Below, one piece after another: positions 1-10,166 of a stretch of DNA of 64,000 nt; position 1 is the first letter of the stretch, and the number at the start of each line of letters is the position of its first letter. The position numbers and the translations under genes were made by a program. Location of the stretch: contig CAVZQC010000004.1 of the NCBI GenBank assembly GCA_963777315.1, positions 128,001 to 192,000 on the forward strand. Reading direction: 5' to 3'. Origin of the DNA: Vulcanimicrobiota bacterium (GTDB lineage: Bacteria > Vulcanimicrobiota > Vulcanimicrobiia > Vulcanimicrobiales > Vulcanimicrobiaceae). The notes under the pieces were generated by a model. The model was not told where the DNA came from and searched no databases. It saw only the letters and a program-made list of their open reading frames with translations.

Positions 1-2898
1 ACAGCCCCTTAGCGGCAACCAATACGGTCAATTTGCGCGGCAACGACCTTAGCGACCGTGAGAACGTCGTCAACCTGCACTTCGGCATTCCGCATCGCCA
101 CGATGCGGGACGCGACGACGTGCAGCTGCTCTACGACAACTTCTTCTATCAAACGCAGGCTTGGGACAACATCTCGACGTTCGGGGGATTGCCGTTCATG
201 CAGGCAATGTTCTCGCCCGCCGGGACGAACCCGGACGGCAGCGGCAATTACAACAACTTTCTGACGAACGTCCTGGGACCGTCGGGCGGCGCGTCCTGGT
301 TTGGACCGGCCGCTTCTCCCGCGTACGCAGGCATGTGCGACTACTTTAACCTGTACGCGCTGTTCGGTGCTTCGCCGCCGTGCGCGGCCACCGGGCAGGG
401 AACTTCTCCCGCGCCCTACTTTGATGCGTACCAAGTGGCCGGGGCCGCTTTCGGCCAATCGGCGCTGGGTCAGCCCGACATCGTGCGGCCGTATCTCTTC
501 CCGTCCACGAACGAACAGCGAGCGTTCCAGTCGGGGTTCTCGCCCTACCAGGTATCCGACACCGACAACAACGGGTCGATCGTAAAACTGCAGTACCAAA
601 AGAACCTCAGTGCGAACGCCTACCTGCGGCTTTTCGGCTACACGTTCTACTCGGACTGGCTGCAGACCGATCCCAACTACGGCGTAACGCCTTTCTTGGT
701 GGGCGGTGCGACGGCCGGCAATTACGAGCTGAACACCCATACGCGCGGAGCGCTGGCGCAATTCGCCGATCAGATCAGCGCTCAGCACCTGCTGACGTTT
801 ACGACCAGTTACACTACTGCATCGGTGCTGCGCTGGAACAATGCGCAGTACACGTTCTCACCCAGCGGCACCCCGATCGCAACGCTGCAAGCGCCGAACG
901 GCACGTGCTACGCAGCCTACAACAACGCGCAAAGCGGCGGGGCGCTGATCGATCCGGGCTACTCTGCCGGGCTCGCAGCCGGATCTCCCGTCTCGTGCGT
1001 TTCCGCCCTGGCAGGTGCGCCCATCGCGGCCGTTCAGGCCGGACAGGCCGGATGCCCGCCTGCGGCGACGTTCCAGTGCCTGCAGGCAGTACCGGCGGGA
1101 GTGCCGGCCGGTACGTCCTGGCTGCTCACGCAGAATCTTGCGCCGAACGCGAACGTCAACACGGTGCGTCCGAAATTCATCGATGCCGCGCTGCAGGATG
1201 AGTTTCGGCCGTCATCGAGGTGGGACATCAACGCCGGCGTGCGGTTCGAAAGCTACGGCTATGTGCTGGGCAATTATGGTTCGCCCTCGCAGCAATTCTG
1301 GTTCAATCAGATCAATGCGACCGCGTGCGTGAGCCCGCTCGGGCTGCAGCAGCCCAGTCAAACCGACTTCGACAGCGGTGCGCCGCGCTATGGGCTGGTG
1401 CCCAATGCATACGCGGGGTTCGTGACGACGGCGCCGGGCCAGGCTTGCCCGTTCGATCCGACGATCGGACAGCAACTGTACCACCCGGGTGACCACGGCA
1501 TTCCGCAGATCACGCTGGGGGGGTCGGGAACCATAACGAAGACCACGTGGTCGCCGCGCATCGGTTTTACCTATACGCTCAGTCCCGATTCCGTTTTGCG
1601 GTTTTCGTACGGACGCTACACGCAACCAACGCCTACGGCGTTCGAGCAAGTTCTGACTTACCCCGACGGGTACAAAATGGCAACCAGCCTGTACGATTCC
1701 AGATATTACAACATCGGCTTAGCGTCGATCGTGCACGACAACCCCATCCAGTTTTCCAACAACGTCGATGCATCGTTCGAACAGCATCTGAGAAACACGG
1801 ATATCAGACTTCAAAATCTCGCCGTTCTACCGCTATACGACCAATCAGTCCGTATTACTCACGCTTCCGGGCGGGCTAGGCGGTTCGTTCAACGCGGGCA
1901 CGCAGCAAACCAAAGGCGTCGAGCTGGCGATTCAAAAAGGAAACCCGGCCGAAGACGGCTGGTCGGGTCAGCTTTCGTACACCTATACGGATGCGAAACT
2001 GAAATATCAGCTCATCAACGGTTCGAACATCATTCAAACGATGCTCAACACGCTCAATCCGTACTTGGCGCTCGAAGGCGTCAACGGCGGGACGCCGTGT
2101 TATTACGCGGGTTCTCCGGATGCGAGCTGCACGGCTCCGGCCGGCGGCGACCCGGGTGCCGTCATCGCCAATCCGTATTACGGTTCCAAGATCACCGGTG
2201 CACAGCTCAAAGCGCAGTTCCCGCTCACGGCCTTCTACCCGACGTACGCGAACTATTTCCCGTACGGGCTGCAGGCCGGCGACGCATCGACGATCATTCC
2301 GCCCAACGTGTTTTCCGGATACCTCAGCTGGAAACATCACAAGCTGCAGGCCACGCTAACCGGAAACCTTTGGGAAGGCCAGTCGTACGGAGCGCCCGTG
2401 GAGATCGCGGGCATCGATCCGAGATCGTGCATCGCGAATCAAGGCGCCATCGGCGTCGTTCCCGGATCGCAGCTGGGCGACTACCAGACATGCTCGTCGA
2501 GCATCGCCATCCCCAATCCCTATACCGGCCAGTTCGACGGCATCGGACAGTACCGCGATCCATGGGAGCTCAACCTCGGTGCGCAAATCGGCTACGATCT
2601 CAGCCCGCGCGTGCATGCATCGCTTCTGCTCGCCAACATCCTGAACCGCTGCTTCGGCGGATCCAAAGAGCCGTGGACCACGGCATATCCGCCGAACAAC
2701 GTGATCTGCGCGTACGATCCCAACGGCGGGTATGTCGGAAATACGCCGGGCGCGGGCTACTTCTACGGAAACAGTCCGCACGATGCGGTCAATGGAACGG
2801 CGGGTTATCCCAAGGTCTTCGATCAAGCCTACGCGCCGGGGGCCAACCAGATTTCCAGTCCGTTCCAAGCATACTTCCAGCTCCAAGTCCGCCTCTAG
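1..2898 (+). CDS. TonB-dependent receptor-like outer membrane protein, 5'-truncated by the window edge, +1 frameshift near 1806-1810
   Basis: Barrel motifs 'DAALQDEF..WDINAGVRFE', 'WSPRIGFTYTLSPDSVLRFSYGRY'. After the shift the frame reads 'FKISPFYRYT..TKGVELAIQK..GQLSYTY' into ORF 2041..2898, ending 'AYFQLQVRL'. Confidence 0.85.
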
Positions 2899-2914
2899 CT
2901 CGAGACGGACTGCC

Positions 2915-2952
2915 GACGGTGGCGCCCTGCTCAGGCATGGCGCCATCGTTTT
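2915..2952 (+). terminator. Probable intrinsic terminator after the receptor gene
   Basis: GACGGTGGCGCC..GGCGCCATCGTT hairpin followed by a short T run. Confidence 0.55.
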
Positions 2953-2975
2953 GGAGCCTTCCCTTAATTCTTTAG

Positions 2976-3004
2976 TTGACAATACGCCGGCCTCGGGCTA
3001 TAGT
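2976..3004 (+). promoter_or_regulatory. Sigma70-type promoter of the blaI-like operon
   Basis: TTGACA (2976-2981), 17-nt spacer, TATAGT (2999-3004). Confidence 0.85.
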
Positions 3005-3022
3005 CTACTAATAAATTAGTAG
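3005..3022. promoter_or_regulatory. Putative BlaI/CopY-family operator
   Basis: Perfect inverted repeat CTACTAAT-AA-ATTAGTAG over the expected transcription start; AT-rich within a GC-rich context. Confidence 0.75.
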
Positions 3023-3041
3023 CAAGCGTGGAGGTACGCCC

Positions 3042-3425
3042 GTGGCCCGCAAAAAGTCTGCCGTTCTGACTGAAGCCGAACTGCGCCTGATGGAAGTGCT
3101 CTGGCGCAAGAAGCAGGCGACGGTTGCCGAGGTGACCGAGGCATTGCCGCCGCCGCCGCTCGCGTACAACAGCGTTCTGACGACCATGCGAATTCTCGAG
3201 CAAAAAGGCTACGTTCGGCATCAGGAAGAGGGCCGCGCCTACGTCTATCAGCCGTTGGTCGAGCGGGACGAAGCGGCCAAGTCGGCCGTCGGGCAACTCG
3301 TTTCGCGTTTCTTCGGAAACAAATCGACGGCGTTGGCGCTACGTTTGGTTGAAGAGCAGCGCCCCAGCGACGAAGAGCTCCGGCGCTTGAAGAAGCTCAT
3401 CGAGCAGTACGAGGATAAAGGTTGA
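3042..3425 (+). CDS. BlaI/MecI/CopY family transcriptional repressor
   Basis: 'LTEAELRLMEVLW..ATVAEV..LAYNSVLTTMRILEQKGYVRH..GRAYVY'; GGAGG at 3030-3034; GTG start. Confidence 0.95.
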   Translation: MARKKSAVLTEAELRLMEVLWRKKQATVAEVTEALPPPPLAYNSVLTTMRILEQKGYVRHQEEGRAYVYQPLVERDEAAKSAVGQLVSRFFGNKSTALALRLVEEQRPSDEELRRLKKLIEQYEDKG

Positions 3426-5494
3426 TGCACGCTGTCGTTTCCGCACTCGAGCCCATTGCGCGCGTAACCCTCGCCACGGTGTTCAACAGCTTGTGGGAAG
3501 CGGCGCTGCTCGCCTTTGCGGTGTGGGTCATCTTGCGCTTGATGCCCAACTTGAACGCCTCGACGCGGTATGCCGCCTGGTGTGCTGCATTGGCGGGCTC
3601 GTTGCTGCTGCCGCTCGCGACGACCATTCCGCAGATCAGCGTGCAGCGTTCCACGCAAAGCGCAATCACCCGTTCCTCTGCGCCCGGGCCGGCGCCGCAG
3701 GCCGCAGCTTCGCATCCGCCCTCCACCGCGATAGCGAAGATTGCCGCGGCGCCGGCCGCTGCTCGCAATGCGAACGTCCCTGCGTTCAAAATGCCCGAGC
3801 GAGTGCGCTTTCTGCTGCCCGATTACCTCGCGCTGATCGTGTTCGGCGTTTGGGTCGCGGCAACGCTGCTGCTGCTTTTGCGTTTGGCCGTGAACCTTTT
3901 CCGGTTGGAACGTCTCAAACGTGACGCGCTTCCGCTGCCGATCGACTATCGCGAGCGGCTTTCGCAGTGGGCTGCCGCCGAAAAAGGCGAGCGTGAAGTG
4001 CGCTTGTGCGTCTGCGCGGGGATCGACGTACCCGTGGCGGTGGGGCTATTCGATTCGATGATCCTCATACCGCATCACTTGCTGCAAACGCTCCGCGCCG
4101 AAGAGATCGACCAGATCATGCTGCACGAGCTCGGTCATTTGCGCCGGGCGGACGACTGGACGAACGGACTGCAGCGGGTCATTCAAACGCTGTTGTTCTT
4201 CAATCCCGCCGTTGCGTACATTGCCGCGCAGCTCGATACGGAGCGCGAAGTCGCCTGCGACGACTGGGTCGTGCGCCAGACGAAAAACGTGCGCCCGTAC
4301 GCGACGTGCCTGACCAAGATGGCCGAAGCCACGGCGTGGCCGCATCGCGCGCTGGCTGCGCCCGGCGTATTCGTCACGCGCCGCGGACTGTCGGTTCGCG
4401 TCGAGCGGCTGCTGCGGGCAGGGCGCAACGTTCGCACGAGCGTTTCCCTGGGCCCGGCGGGCGCAGTCGTCGCCGCCCTGGTGGTGCTGTTTTTCGTGCT
4501 GCAGAACGTGGCGCCGTCTTTTGCGTTCACCAAGCCCGCTGCTCCGCAATTCGCAACCACGAAATCGCACGCGCGCGTCCACAAAACGGACGCTGCGTCC
4601 GTGCAGCGCAGAGTCGTTCTCGTCAAAGAATTCCAGCGAGTTGCGGTGGCCGCAACGGCCGCGCCCGCAACGCCCGCGCCGGCCGCTTCCGTTATCACGA
4701 TTCCGGCTAAGCACATCCATATTCCATCGCGTACCATTCACGTGCCGGCCGTGAACGTGGATATTCCCGAGCGGCACATTACCGTGCCGTCCCCTCCGTA
4801 CGCGGCCGCCCTGAGCAATGCCGTGCCGTCCGACCTGTCTACGCGCATAGAACAACAGGTGAACGCCGCGATGCGCCTGTCGGGCGCCAAGAGCGGGGCC
4901 TTCGATTGCGTCGGCTGCGACTATCGCGGTCAAAATCTTGCCGGCCGCAGTTTTCGGGGTCAACGCCTCAACGGCGTGAACTTTAGCCGCTCCAATCTGC
5001 AAAACGCCGATTTCTCGAGCGCCGTTCTTCTGGGCGTCGATTTCGGGCATGCGGACTTACGGGGGACGAACTTCGCTCACGCGGTGATGAACGGCTGCGA
5101 TTTGACGCATGCCGACGTTACCGGGGCGGATTTCGAGGGCGTTCGGATGACCGGCTGCAATTTCGACGCGCGCTCGCTCTCGCCGGTCCAGGCGCGTTCG
5201 CTCCTGCTGGCCTGCCGCATGGGGTGCGACTTCAACCATGCGAATCTGGCCGGGCAAAATCTGCGAGGCTTGTCGATCGTGGGAGTGAATCTGAGCGGCG
5301 CGGACCTTCGCGGCGCCGATTTTTCCAACGGCAAGTTTAGCGGCATCGATTTCTCCGGAGCGCAGCTGAGCGGAGCGAAATTTACCGGTGCATCGCTGAC
5401 GGGCTGCGATTTCTCCGGGGTCGATTTGCACGACGTCGATCTGTCCAATGCCAAAATGACGGGCGATAAACTCGACCGCACGCCGATGCGGTAA
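3422..5494 (+). CDS. BlaR1-like M56 metallopeptidase with C-terminal pentapeptide repeats
   Basis: N-terminal TM helices, HELGH zinc motif, 'FFNP..REVACDD', Pro/Ala linker, then A(D/N)L/Fxx pentapeptide repeats; overlaps the blaI stop. Confidence 0.9.
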   Translation: MMHAVVSALEPIARVTLATVFNSLWEAALLAFAVWVILRLMPNLNASTRYAAWCAALAGSLLLPLATTIPQISVQRSTQSAITRSSAPGPAPQAAASHPPSTAIAKIAAAPAAARNANVPAFKMPERVRFLLPDYLALIVFGVWVAATLLLLLRLAVNLFRLERLKRDALPLPIDYRERLSQWAAAEKGEREVRLCVCAGIDVPVAVGLFDSMILIPHHLLQTLRAEEIDQIMLHELGHLRRADDWTNGLQRVIQTLLFFNPAVAYIAAQLDTEREVACDDWVVRQTKNVRPYATCLTKMAEATAWPHRALAAPGVFVTRRGLSVRVERLLRAGRNVRTSVSLGPAGAVVAALVVLFFVLQNVAPSFAFTKPAAPQFATTKSHARVHKTDAASVQRRVVLVKEFQRVAVAATAAPATPAPAASVITIPAKHIHIPSRTIHVPAVNVDIPERHITVPSPPYAAALSNAVPSDLSTRIEQQVNAAMRLSGAKSGAFDCVGCDYRGQNLAGRSFRGQRLNGVNFSRSNLQNADFSSAVLLGVDFGHADLRGTNFAHAVMNGCDLTHADVTGADFEGVRMTGCNFDARSLSPVQARSLLLACRMGCDFNHANLAGQNLRGLSIVGVNLSGADLRGADFSNGKFSGIDFSGAQLSGAKFTGASLTGCDFSGVDLHDVDLSNAKMTGDKLDRTPMR

Positions 5495-5573
5495 TCTTTC
5501 CGGATCGAAAAGCTTCTCGAAATTGCCCGTGGCGACACGGGCCTGGTTTCTCGCACCTCAAAGGAGATTCAAC

Positions 5574-7667
5574 ATGCGCGTTTTCGAGCTGCCCGTGGAC
5601 CGTATGGCAATAGCGGCGGTGATGCTCGCGGTGGCGAGCGCAGCGGTTTTAACCGTACCGTCGGTGACGAGCGGGCCGCCCATCGACGGATCCCTCCAGC
5701 ACGAGCAGTGGAAGAACGCACAGCGCGTGCAGTTGCAATGGGACCTGCAGGGGCACAAGCTCGCTCCCGACCCCACTGCCGCATACATCGAAAGCGACGG
5801 GCGGTATCTGTACGTGGGTTTCGATGCCAAGCAGCGTGCGGCGATCGTTGCAACGCAGCACACCAACGATGCGGGCGAAGGTTCCGACGACTTGGTCAGC
5901 GTGGAGCTCTGGCCCGGAGGCAGCAACGGTTTCTTTTACCAGTTCAGCGCCAACCCGATCGGCACCCATTACCAAACGTCGTCGGAGAACTCGGGGTACC
6001 GTCCGACGTGGTGGTCCGCGGGTACGGTGAGCGACGGCGATTACGTCGTTACGATGAAGATACCGCTCTCGGCGCTTCACGGCGCGAATGCAGCCACTTG
6101 GCTCGTGCAGTTTTCACGCAACGTCCAAGCAACGGGCGACGTGAACGTATGGTCGTACGATGCCAACGAAACGGACCCGACAAGTTCGGTTTATGCCGGC
6201 GCGATGACCGGCGTGCGCGCGGTGGCCGCTGCGCCCAAGTCCCGCGTGGAGCTGTATAACCTGGGGAGCATTGCCGGCGTTTCCGCCGGCGGCTCCACTT
6301 CGCGAACGGGCCTGGACTATTCGGTGCCGTTCACCGCGACGTCGTCGTTCTACGGCACGATCCATCCGGATTACTCCAACGTCGAGCTCGACCAGCAATC
6401 GATCTCGCCGACGGCCTATCGGCGCTACTTTCAAGAAGTCCGGCCGTTCTTTACGCAAGGCCAAGGCGCGTACAACGATTTCGACTGCGATCTGTGCAAC
6501 GGTCTTTACACGCTGTACACGCCGGCGATCCCCACGCCGCGCGACGGTTACGCCGTTGAAGGCAAGCAAGGCGCGCTGACGTACGGCGCCTTTGACGCCG
6601 TCGGCAAACAGAGAAACGATGCAGCTCAATCGCTCAGCTGGCACAACGGCAACAGAACGCTGATCGGTTCGATGCAGCGCGTGGCGGTCAACCAGCCTGG
6701 ATTCTCCGACTATGCGACCGAGCTCGGCCTGTCGTACTCCGATCATAAACATCTCTTCGGCTACTTCAACTACGGGGACGACAAGGGCTCGAACGTCGCC
6801 GACGCTGCGCGGGGTCAGATGTACGATTTCGGAACGGGCTGGTCGGACCCCACGACGACGTTCGCGATGACGTACCGGCGCATCGGCCAGTACTTCAACC
6901 CGGTCGACGGTTTCGTCTGGCATCCGGATATTGCCGGTTGGGGCGCCTACGTTGGGCACGCGTTGCTGTTCAAGCCGGCGGCGCCGTTGCGCAGCATCAC
7001 CTTTACCGGCATTGTGGACCGCTATCACGATCATCTCGGCGCGCTCGATCAGACCGACCAGTCCGCGGGCTTCGACGTGCTTACGCGCGGCTTGATCGAT
7101 CTGAATTTCGGTCTTGGATCGAGTTATCTGCGCCTGAGCAACGGCACGTTTACGCCCGTGACGCAAAACCAGTATGCGGTCACCTTCGGAAGCGGCGCGC
7201 AGAATTCCAGCGTGAACAACGGTGCGCAGCACGGCCAGAGCGCGACCCCGACCACCATCTCGTTTGCAACCGGACGGTTCGGCGCCGGGCGCCTGAACTC
7301 GTATTCCGTGACGTCGACTTTGCGTGCGTCGCGGCGCGGCTTGGTTTCGCTCGAGCTGGACGAGAACAACCAGCTGCTCGACCAGGGCGGGGTCTACCGC
7401 CAGTGGTTCGAGCGCATCGCCTACAGTTATGAAGCCGGGCGCGATGCGTCGTTTGCCTTGGGCGTGCGGCGTATCATGGGTATCGCCCCGGTCCTCGATG
7501 CGCCGCCGCAGTTCCAACAAGGCTGGAACCTTTCGGCCGCCTACCATCGTACCTTCAACGGCACCAACGAGCTGTACGCAGTGTATGGAGACGCGAGCGC
7601 TTTCTCGACCGTTCCTGCGTTCATCGTGAAGTGGATACACTACTTTGGCGCCCCCAAAGGGACGTAA
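5574..7667 (+). CDS. Secreted CBM9-like domain + DUF5916-like probable outer-membrane barrel protein
   Basis: AAGGAG before ATG 5574; signal peptide; 'PPIDGSL..W..YLYVGF..FSANPIG..VTMKIPL'; 'PDYSNVELD..YFQEVRPFF'. Confidence 0.7.
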   Translation: MRVFELPVDRMAIAAVMLAVASAAVLTVPSVTSGPPIDGSLQHEQWKNAQRVQLQWDLQGHKLAPDPTAAYIESDGRYLYVGFDAKQRAAIVATQHTNDAGEGSDDLVSVELWPGGSNGFFYQFSANPIGTHYQTSSENSGYRPTWWSAGTVSDGDYVVTMKIPLSALHGANAATWLVQFSRNVQATGDVNVWSYDANETDPTSSVYAGAMTGVRAVAAAPKSRVELYNLGSIAGVSAGGSTSRTGLDYSVPFTATSSFYGTIHPDYSNVELDQQSISPTAYRRYFQEVRPFFTQGQGAYNDFDCDLCNGLYTLYTPAIPTPRDGYAVEGKQGALTYGAFDAVGKQRNDAAQSLSWHNGNRTLIGSMQRVAVNQPGFSDYATELGLSYSDHKHLFGYFNYGDDKGSNVADAARGQMYDFGTGWSDPTTTFAMTYRRIGQYFNPVDGFVWHPDIAGWGAYVGHALLFKPAAPLRSITFTGIVDRYHDHLGALDQTDQSAGFDVLTRGLIDLNFGLGSSYLRLSNGTFTPVTQNQYAVTFGSGAQNSSVNNGAQHGQSATPTTISFATGRFGAGRLNSYSVTSTLRASRRGLVSLELDENNQLLDQGGVYRQWFERIAYSYEAGRDASFALGVRRIMGIAPVLDAPPQFQQGWNLSAAYHRTFNGTNELYAVYGDASAFSTVPAFIVKWIHYFGAPKGT

Positions 7668-7716
7668 TTCAAAGGTAGCAGGCACAAATGCACCGCTCGA
7701 ACGTATAATAGACATG

Positions 7717-8595
7717 ATGTACTCCCGCTTAACGGCAGCCGTTGCGCTCGCAGCGCTCTGTGCGTCGGGCGTCGGTGCTGCTCCGGCCGCCGTCCCGGCG
7801 CCGGCTGCTACGCCGCTCAAAACGATCAAACACGTCTATGCCACGCGGCTGTGCACGGGATTGCGGCGATCCATCGCTCCCGCCATCGGACGCGTGCTGC
7901 AAAACGATCGAACGATCGCGACGAGCCGGCCCCTGTTGAAGGATTACGTCAAGAATACATCAGTCGGCAGCCAAGCTGCGGTCGATATGGACGTCATGCG
8001 CTTGGAAACGCTGATCGATCCGCTGGTGAAAAACACCGAGGCGATCGGAACGCTGCTCGAGGATCCCGTCTTCCCGCAACAGCCTCAGAGCGATACCGAC
8101 AAGCAGCTGCTGCAGTTGCGCGCGCACCTCGTGCAAGTTCTCGCCCAGCAAAAACAGGCGCTCGATTTGGTCAGCGGCTTTGTGGATACGCAGCAGCTGG
8201 CCGAGCTGCAGGCCGCCGGACACGAGTACGACAAGGTCATCAACGCCACCGAGACCGCCTCATCCGCCAACGCCAGCGCGCCCAACACGAGCCCCACTAC
8301 CGCGCCCGCCAACATCTTGAACGCCGGCGTGAGCACAGCGGACGATCCGTCGCGCAAGTACGATCCGCGGTTTACCAACACGGGCTCCCAAGTGGGTTAC
8401 AATCCGCTCAACGCTTTCGATCAGCAGATGGAATACTACCAGGCTCAGATCGAGCAGAGCGAAAACTTAGCCGCGAAAGCCGTATTCAAAGCGGTCCCGC
8501 TTTGCGGCGGTCACGTGCCCGCGCCGGCTGCTCCTTCACCCGTGCCCGTGCCGGCAGCGGGGGCGCCGTCGCCTGCGCCGAGCGGCAAGCCGTAA
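7717..8595 (+). CDS. Secreted helical hypothetical protein with Pro/Ala-rich tail
   Basis: Signal peptide 'MYSRLTAAVALAALCASGVGA'; TATAAT at 7704-7709; start ATG 7714 or 7717. Confidence 0.7.
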   Translation: MYSRLTAAVALAALCASGVGAAPAAVPAPAATPLKTIKHVYATRLCTGLRRSIAPAIGRVLQNDRTIATSRPLLKDYVKNTSVGSQAAVDMDVMRLETLIDPLVKNTEAIGTLLEDPVFPQQPQSDTDKQLLQLRAHLVQVLAQQKQALDLVSGFVDTQQLAELQAAGHEYDKVINATETASSANASAPNTSPTTAPANILNAGVSTADDPSRKYDPRFTNTGSQVGYNPLNAFDQQMEYYQAQIEQSENLAAKAVFKAVPLCGGHVPAPAAPSPVPVPAAGAPSPAPSGKP

Positions 8596-10166
8596 CCTCC
8601 GCCTCCGGGCGTCTGCACGACAATCGTGTCGCCCGCATTGAGCATCAGCGTCGCTTTCGCCGGAACGTTCGCAGAGGTTCCGGCCCGCGTCTGCAGCACG
8701 TGCGAGCCCACGGCGCCGTCGTTGCCGCCGCCTGCGCCGTGCGGAGCAGTTGCATGCCGGTCTGCAAGCAGTGACAGTTCGGCGCGTCCTTGCGTGAGTT
8801 GCAGCGCGCGAATCAATCCGCTGCCCCCGCGGTAGCGCCCTTGGCCGCCGGTGCCGGGTGCGATCTCGTACCGCGTTACGCGCAGGGGATATTCGCGTTC
8901 TATCGCTTCGATCGGCGTGTTGAGCGTGTTGGTCATGTGGCATTGGATCCCGTCGATGCCGTCCATTCCCGGCCGGGCCCCCATGCCGCAACCGTTCGTT
9001 TCGTAGAATGCCCACGCCGAGCCGTCGTCGCGCACGCCGCCGATCATCACGTTGCTCATCGTGCCGCCGCTTTGCGCCGGAACCCGTTCGGGCGCGGCTT
9101 GCGCCAAAGCGCCAAGCACGACGTCGGCATTGCGCGTACTGGTTTCAACGTTTCCGCCGGCAACGGGCGCGGGCCGGCGCGGATTGAGCAACGTGCCTTG
9201 CGGCACCTCCACGGTTACCGCGCGAAAGCACCCTTCGTTCATCGGAATCGTCGGGTCGGTGACGGCGCGCAGCGCATAGTGCACTCCCGAGAGCGTTACG
9301 CCGTAGACGGCGTTCATGGGAAACGGCACCTGGCCGGACGTTCCGCTGTAGTCGAAATGCGCACTGCCCTCTCGCAGCGTTAGAGTCAGGGCGATACGCA
9401 TGGACGGCGCGCCGTCGCGATCCTCGAGCGTATCGCTGTAGAAAAACGCGCCTTCGCCCAACGCGCTCAATGCCGCGCGCATGCGCGTATGGCTGTCGCG
9501 CAAAAAACGTTCGACGGCGGCATCGAGCACCCGGACCCCGTAACGTTCCACCAGTTCGAGCATTCGGCGTTCGCCGGTAACGTTGCCGGCTATTTGGGCG
9601 CGCAGATCGCCGCTGCGCGCTTCGGGCGTTCGGGAGTTGGCGCGAAACAGCTCGACCGCAGCATCCACGATTCGATCGGAGTCCATCAGCAGCATCGGCG
9701 GCACGATCAGTCCTTCAGCGAAAAGATCCGCCGCATTGACGGACATGGACCCCGGCGCCATTCCTCCCACGTCGGTATGGTGCGCCTTGTTGGCCGCATA
9801 TCCGATGAGGTCGCTCTGAAAGTAGATGGGACGAATGACCGTGACGTCGTTGAGGTGCGTTCCGGACATATACGGATCGTTCACCACCCGCATTTGCCCC
9901 TCGCGCAGCCCGCCGCAGCGCGACTCGATGACGGCAAGGCTAGTACGCAATCCCCACGGCAGTGAGCCCAAGTGCACCGGAATGTGCTCGGCCTGCGCGA
10001 TCATGCGCGCGCGCCGGTCGAAAAGCGCGCATGAATGATCGAGCCGCTCTTTGATGTTCGGCGAGTACGCGCTGTTGCGTATTGCCACGCCCATTTCTTG
10101 GCTCGCGTACACCAGCGAACTCTTGACGATCTCGGCGGTTACGGGATCGAGCTCGTCTTGCGCCAT
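8511..10166 (-). CDS. Hydantoinase B / 5-oxoprolinase subunit
   Basis: 'SAYSPNIKERLDHSCALF', 'NDPYMSGTHLND', 'HHTDVGG', 'TPGGGGYG'; ATG 10166 coupled to the subunit A stop. Confidence 0.93.
   Translation of the reverse strand: MAQDELDPVTAEIVKSSLVYASQEMGVAIRNSAYSPNIKERLDHSCALFDRRARMIAQAEHIPVHLGSLPWGLRTSLAVIESRCGGLREGQMRVVNDPYMSGTHLNDVTVIRPIYFQSDLIGYAANKAHHTDVGGMAPGSMSVNAADLFAEGLIVPPMLLMDSDRIVDAAVELFRANSRTPEARSGDLRAQIAGNVTGERRMLELVERYGVRVLDAAVERFLRDSHTRMRAALSALGEGAFFYSDTLEDRDGAPSMRIALTLTLREGSAHFDYSGTSGQVPFPMNAVYGVTLSGVHYALRAVTDPTIPMNEGCFRAVTVEVPQGTLLNPRRPAPVAGGNVETSTRNADVVLGALAQAAPERVPAQSGGTMSNVMIGGVRDDGSAWAFYETNGCGMGARPGMDGIDGIQCHMTNTLNTPIEAIEREYPLRVTRYEIAPGTGGQGRYRGGSGLIRALQLTQGRAELSLLADRHATAPHGAGGGNDGAVGSHVLQTRAGTSANVPAKATLMLNAGDTIVVQTPGGGGYGLPLGAGDGAPAAGTGTGEGAAGAGT

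Noticed and set aside
4900..5494. Qnr/MfpA-type quinolone resistance
   Set aside because: The repeats are fused behind the TM of an M56 sensor and are predicted external, away from gyrase.
3042..5494. Beta-lactam resistance locus
   Set aside because: No penicillin-binding sensor domain and no adjacent beta-lactamase.
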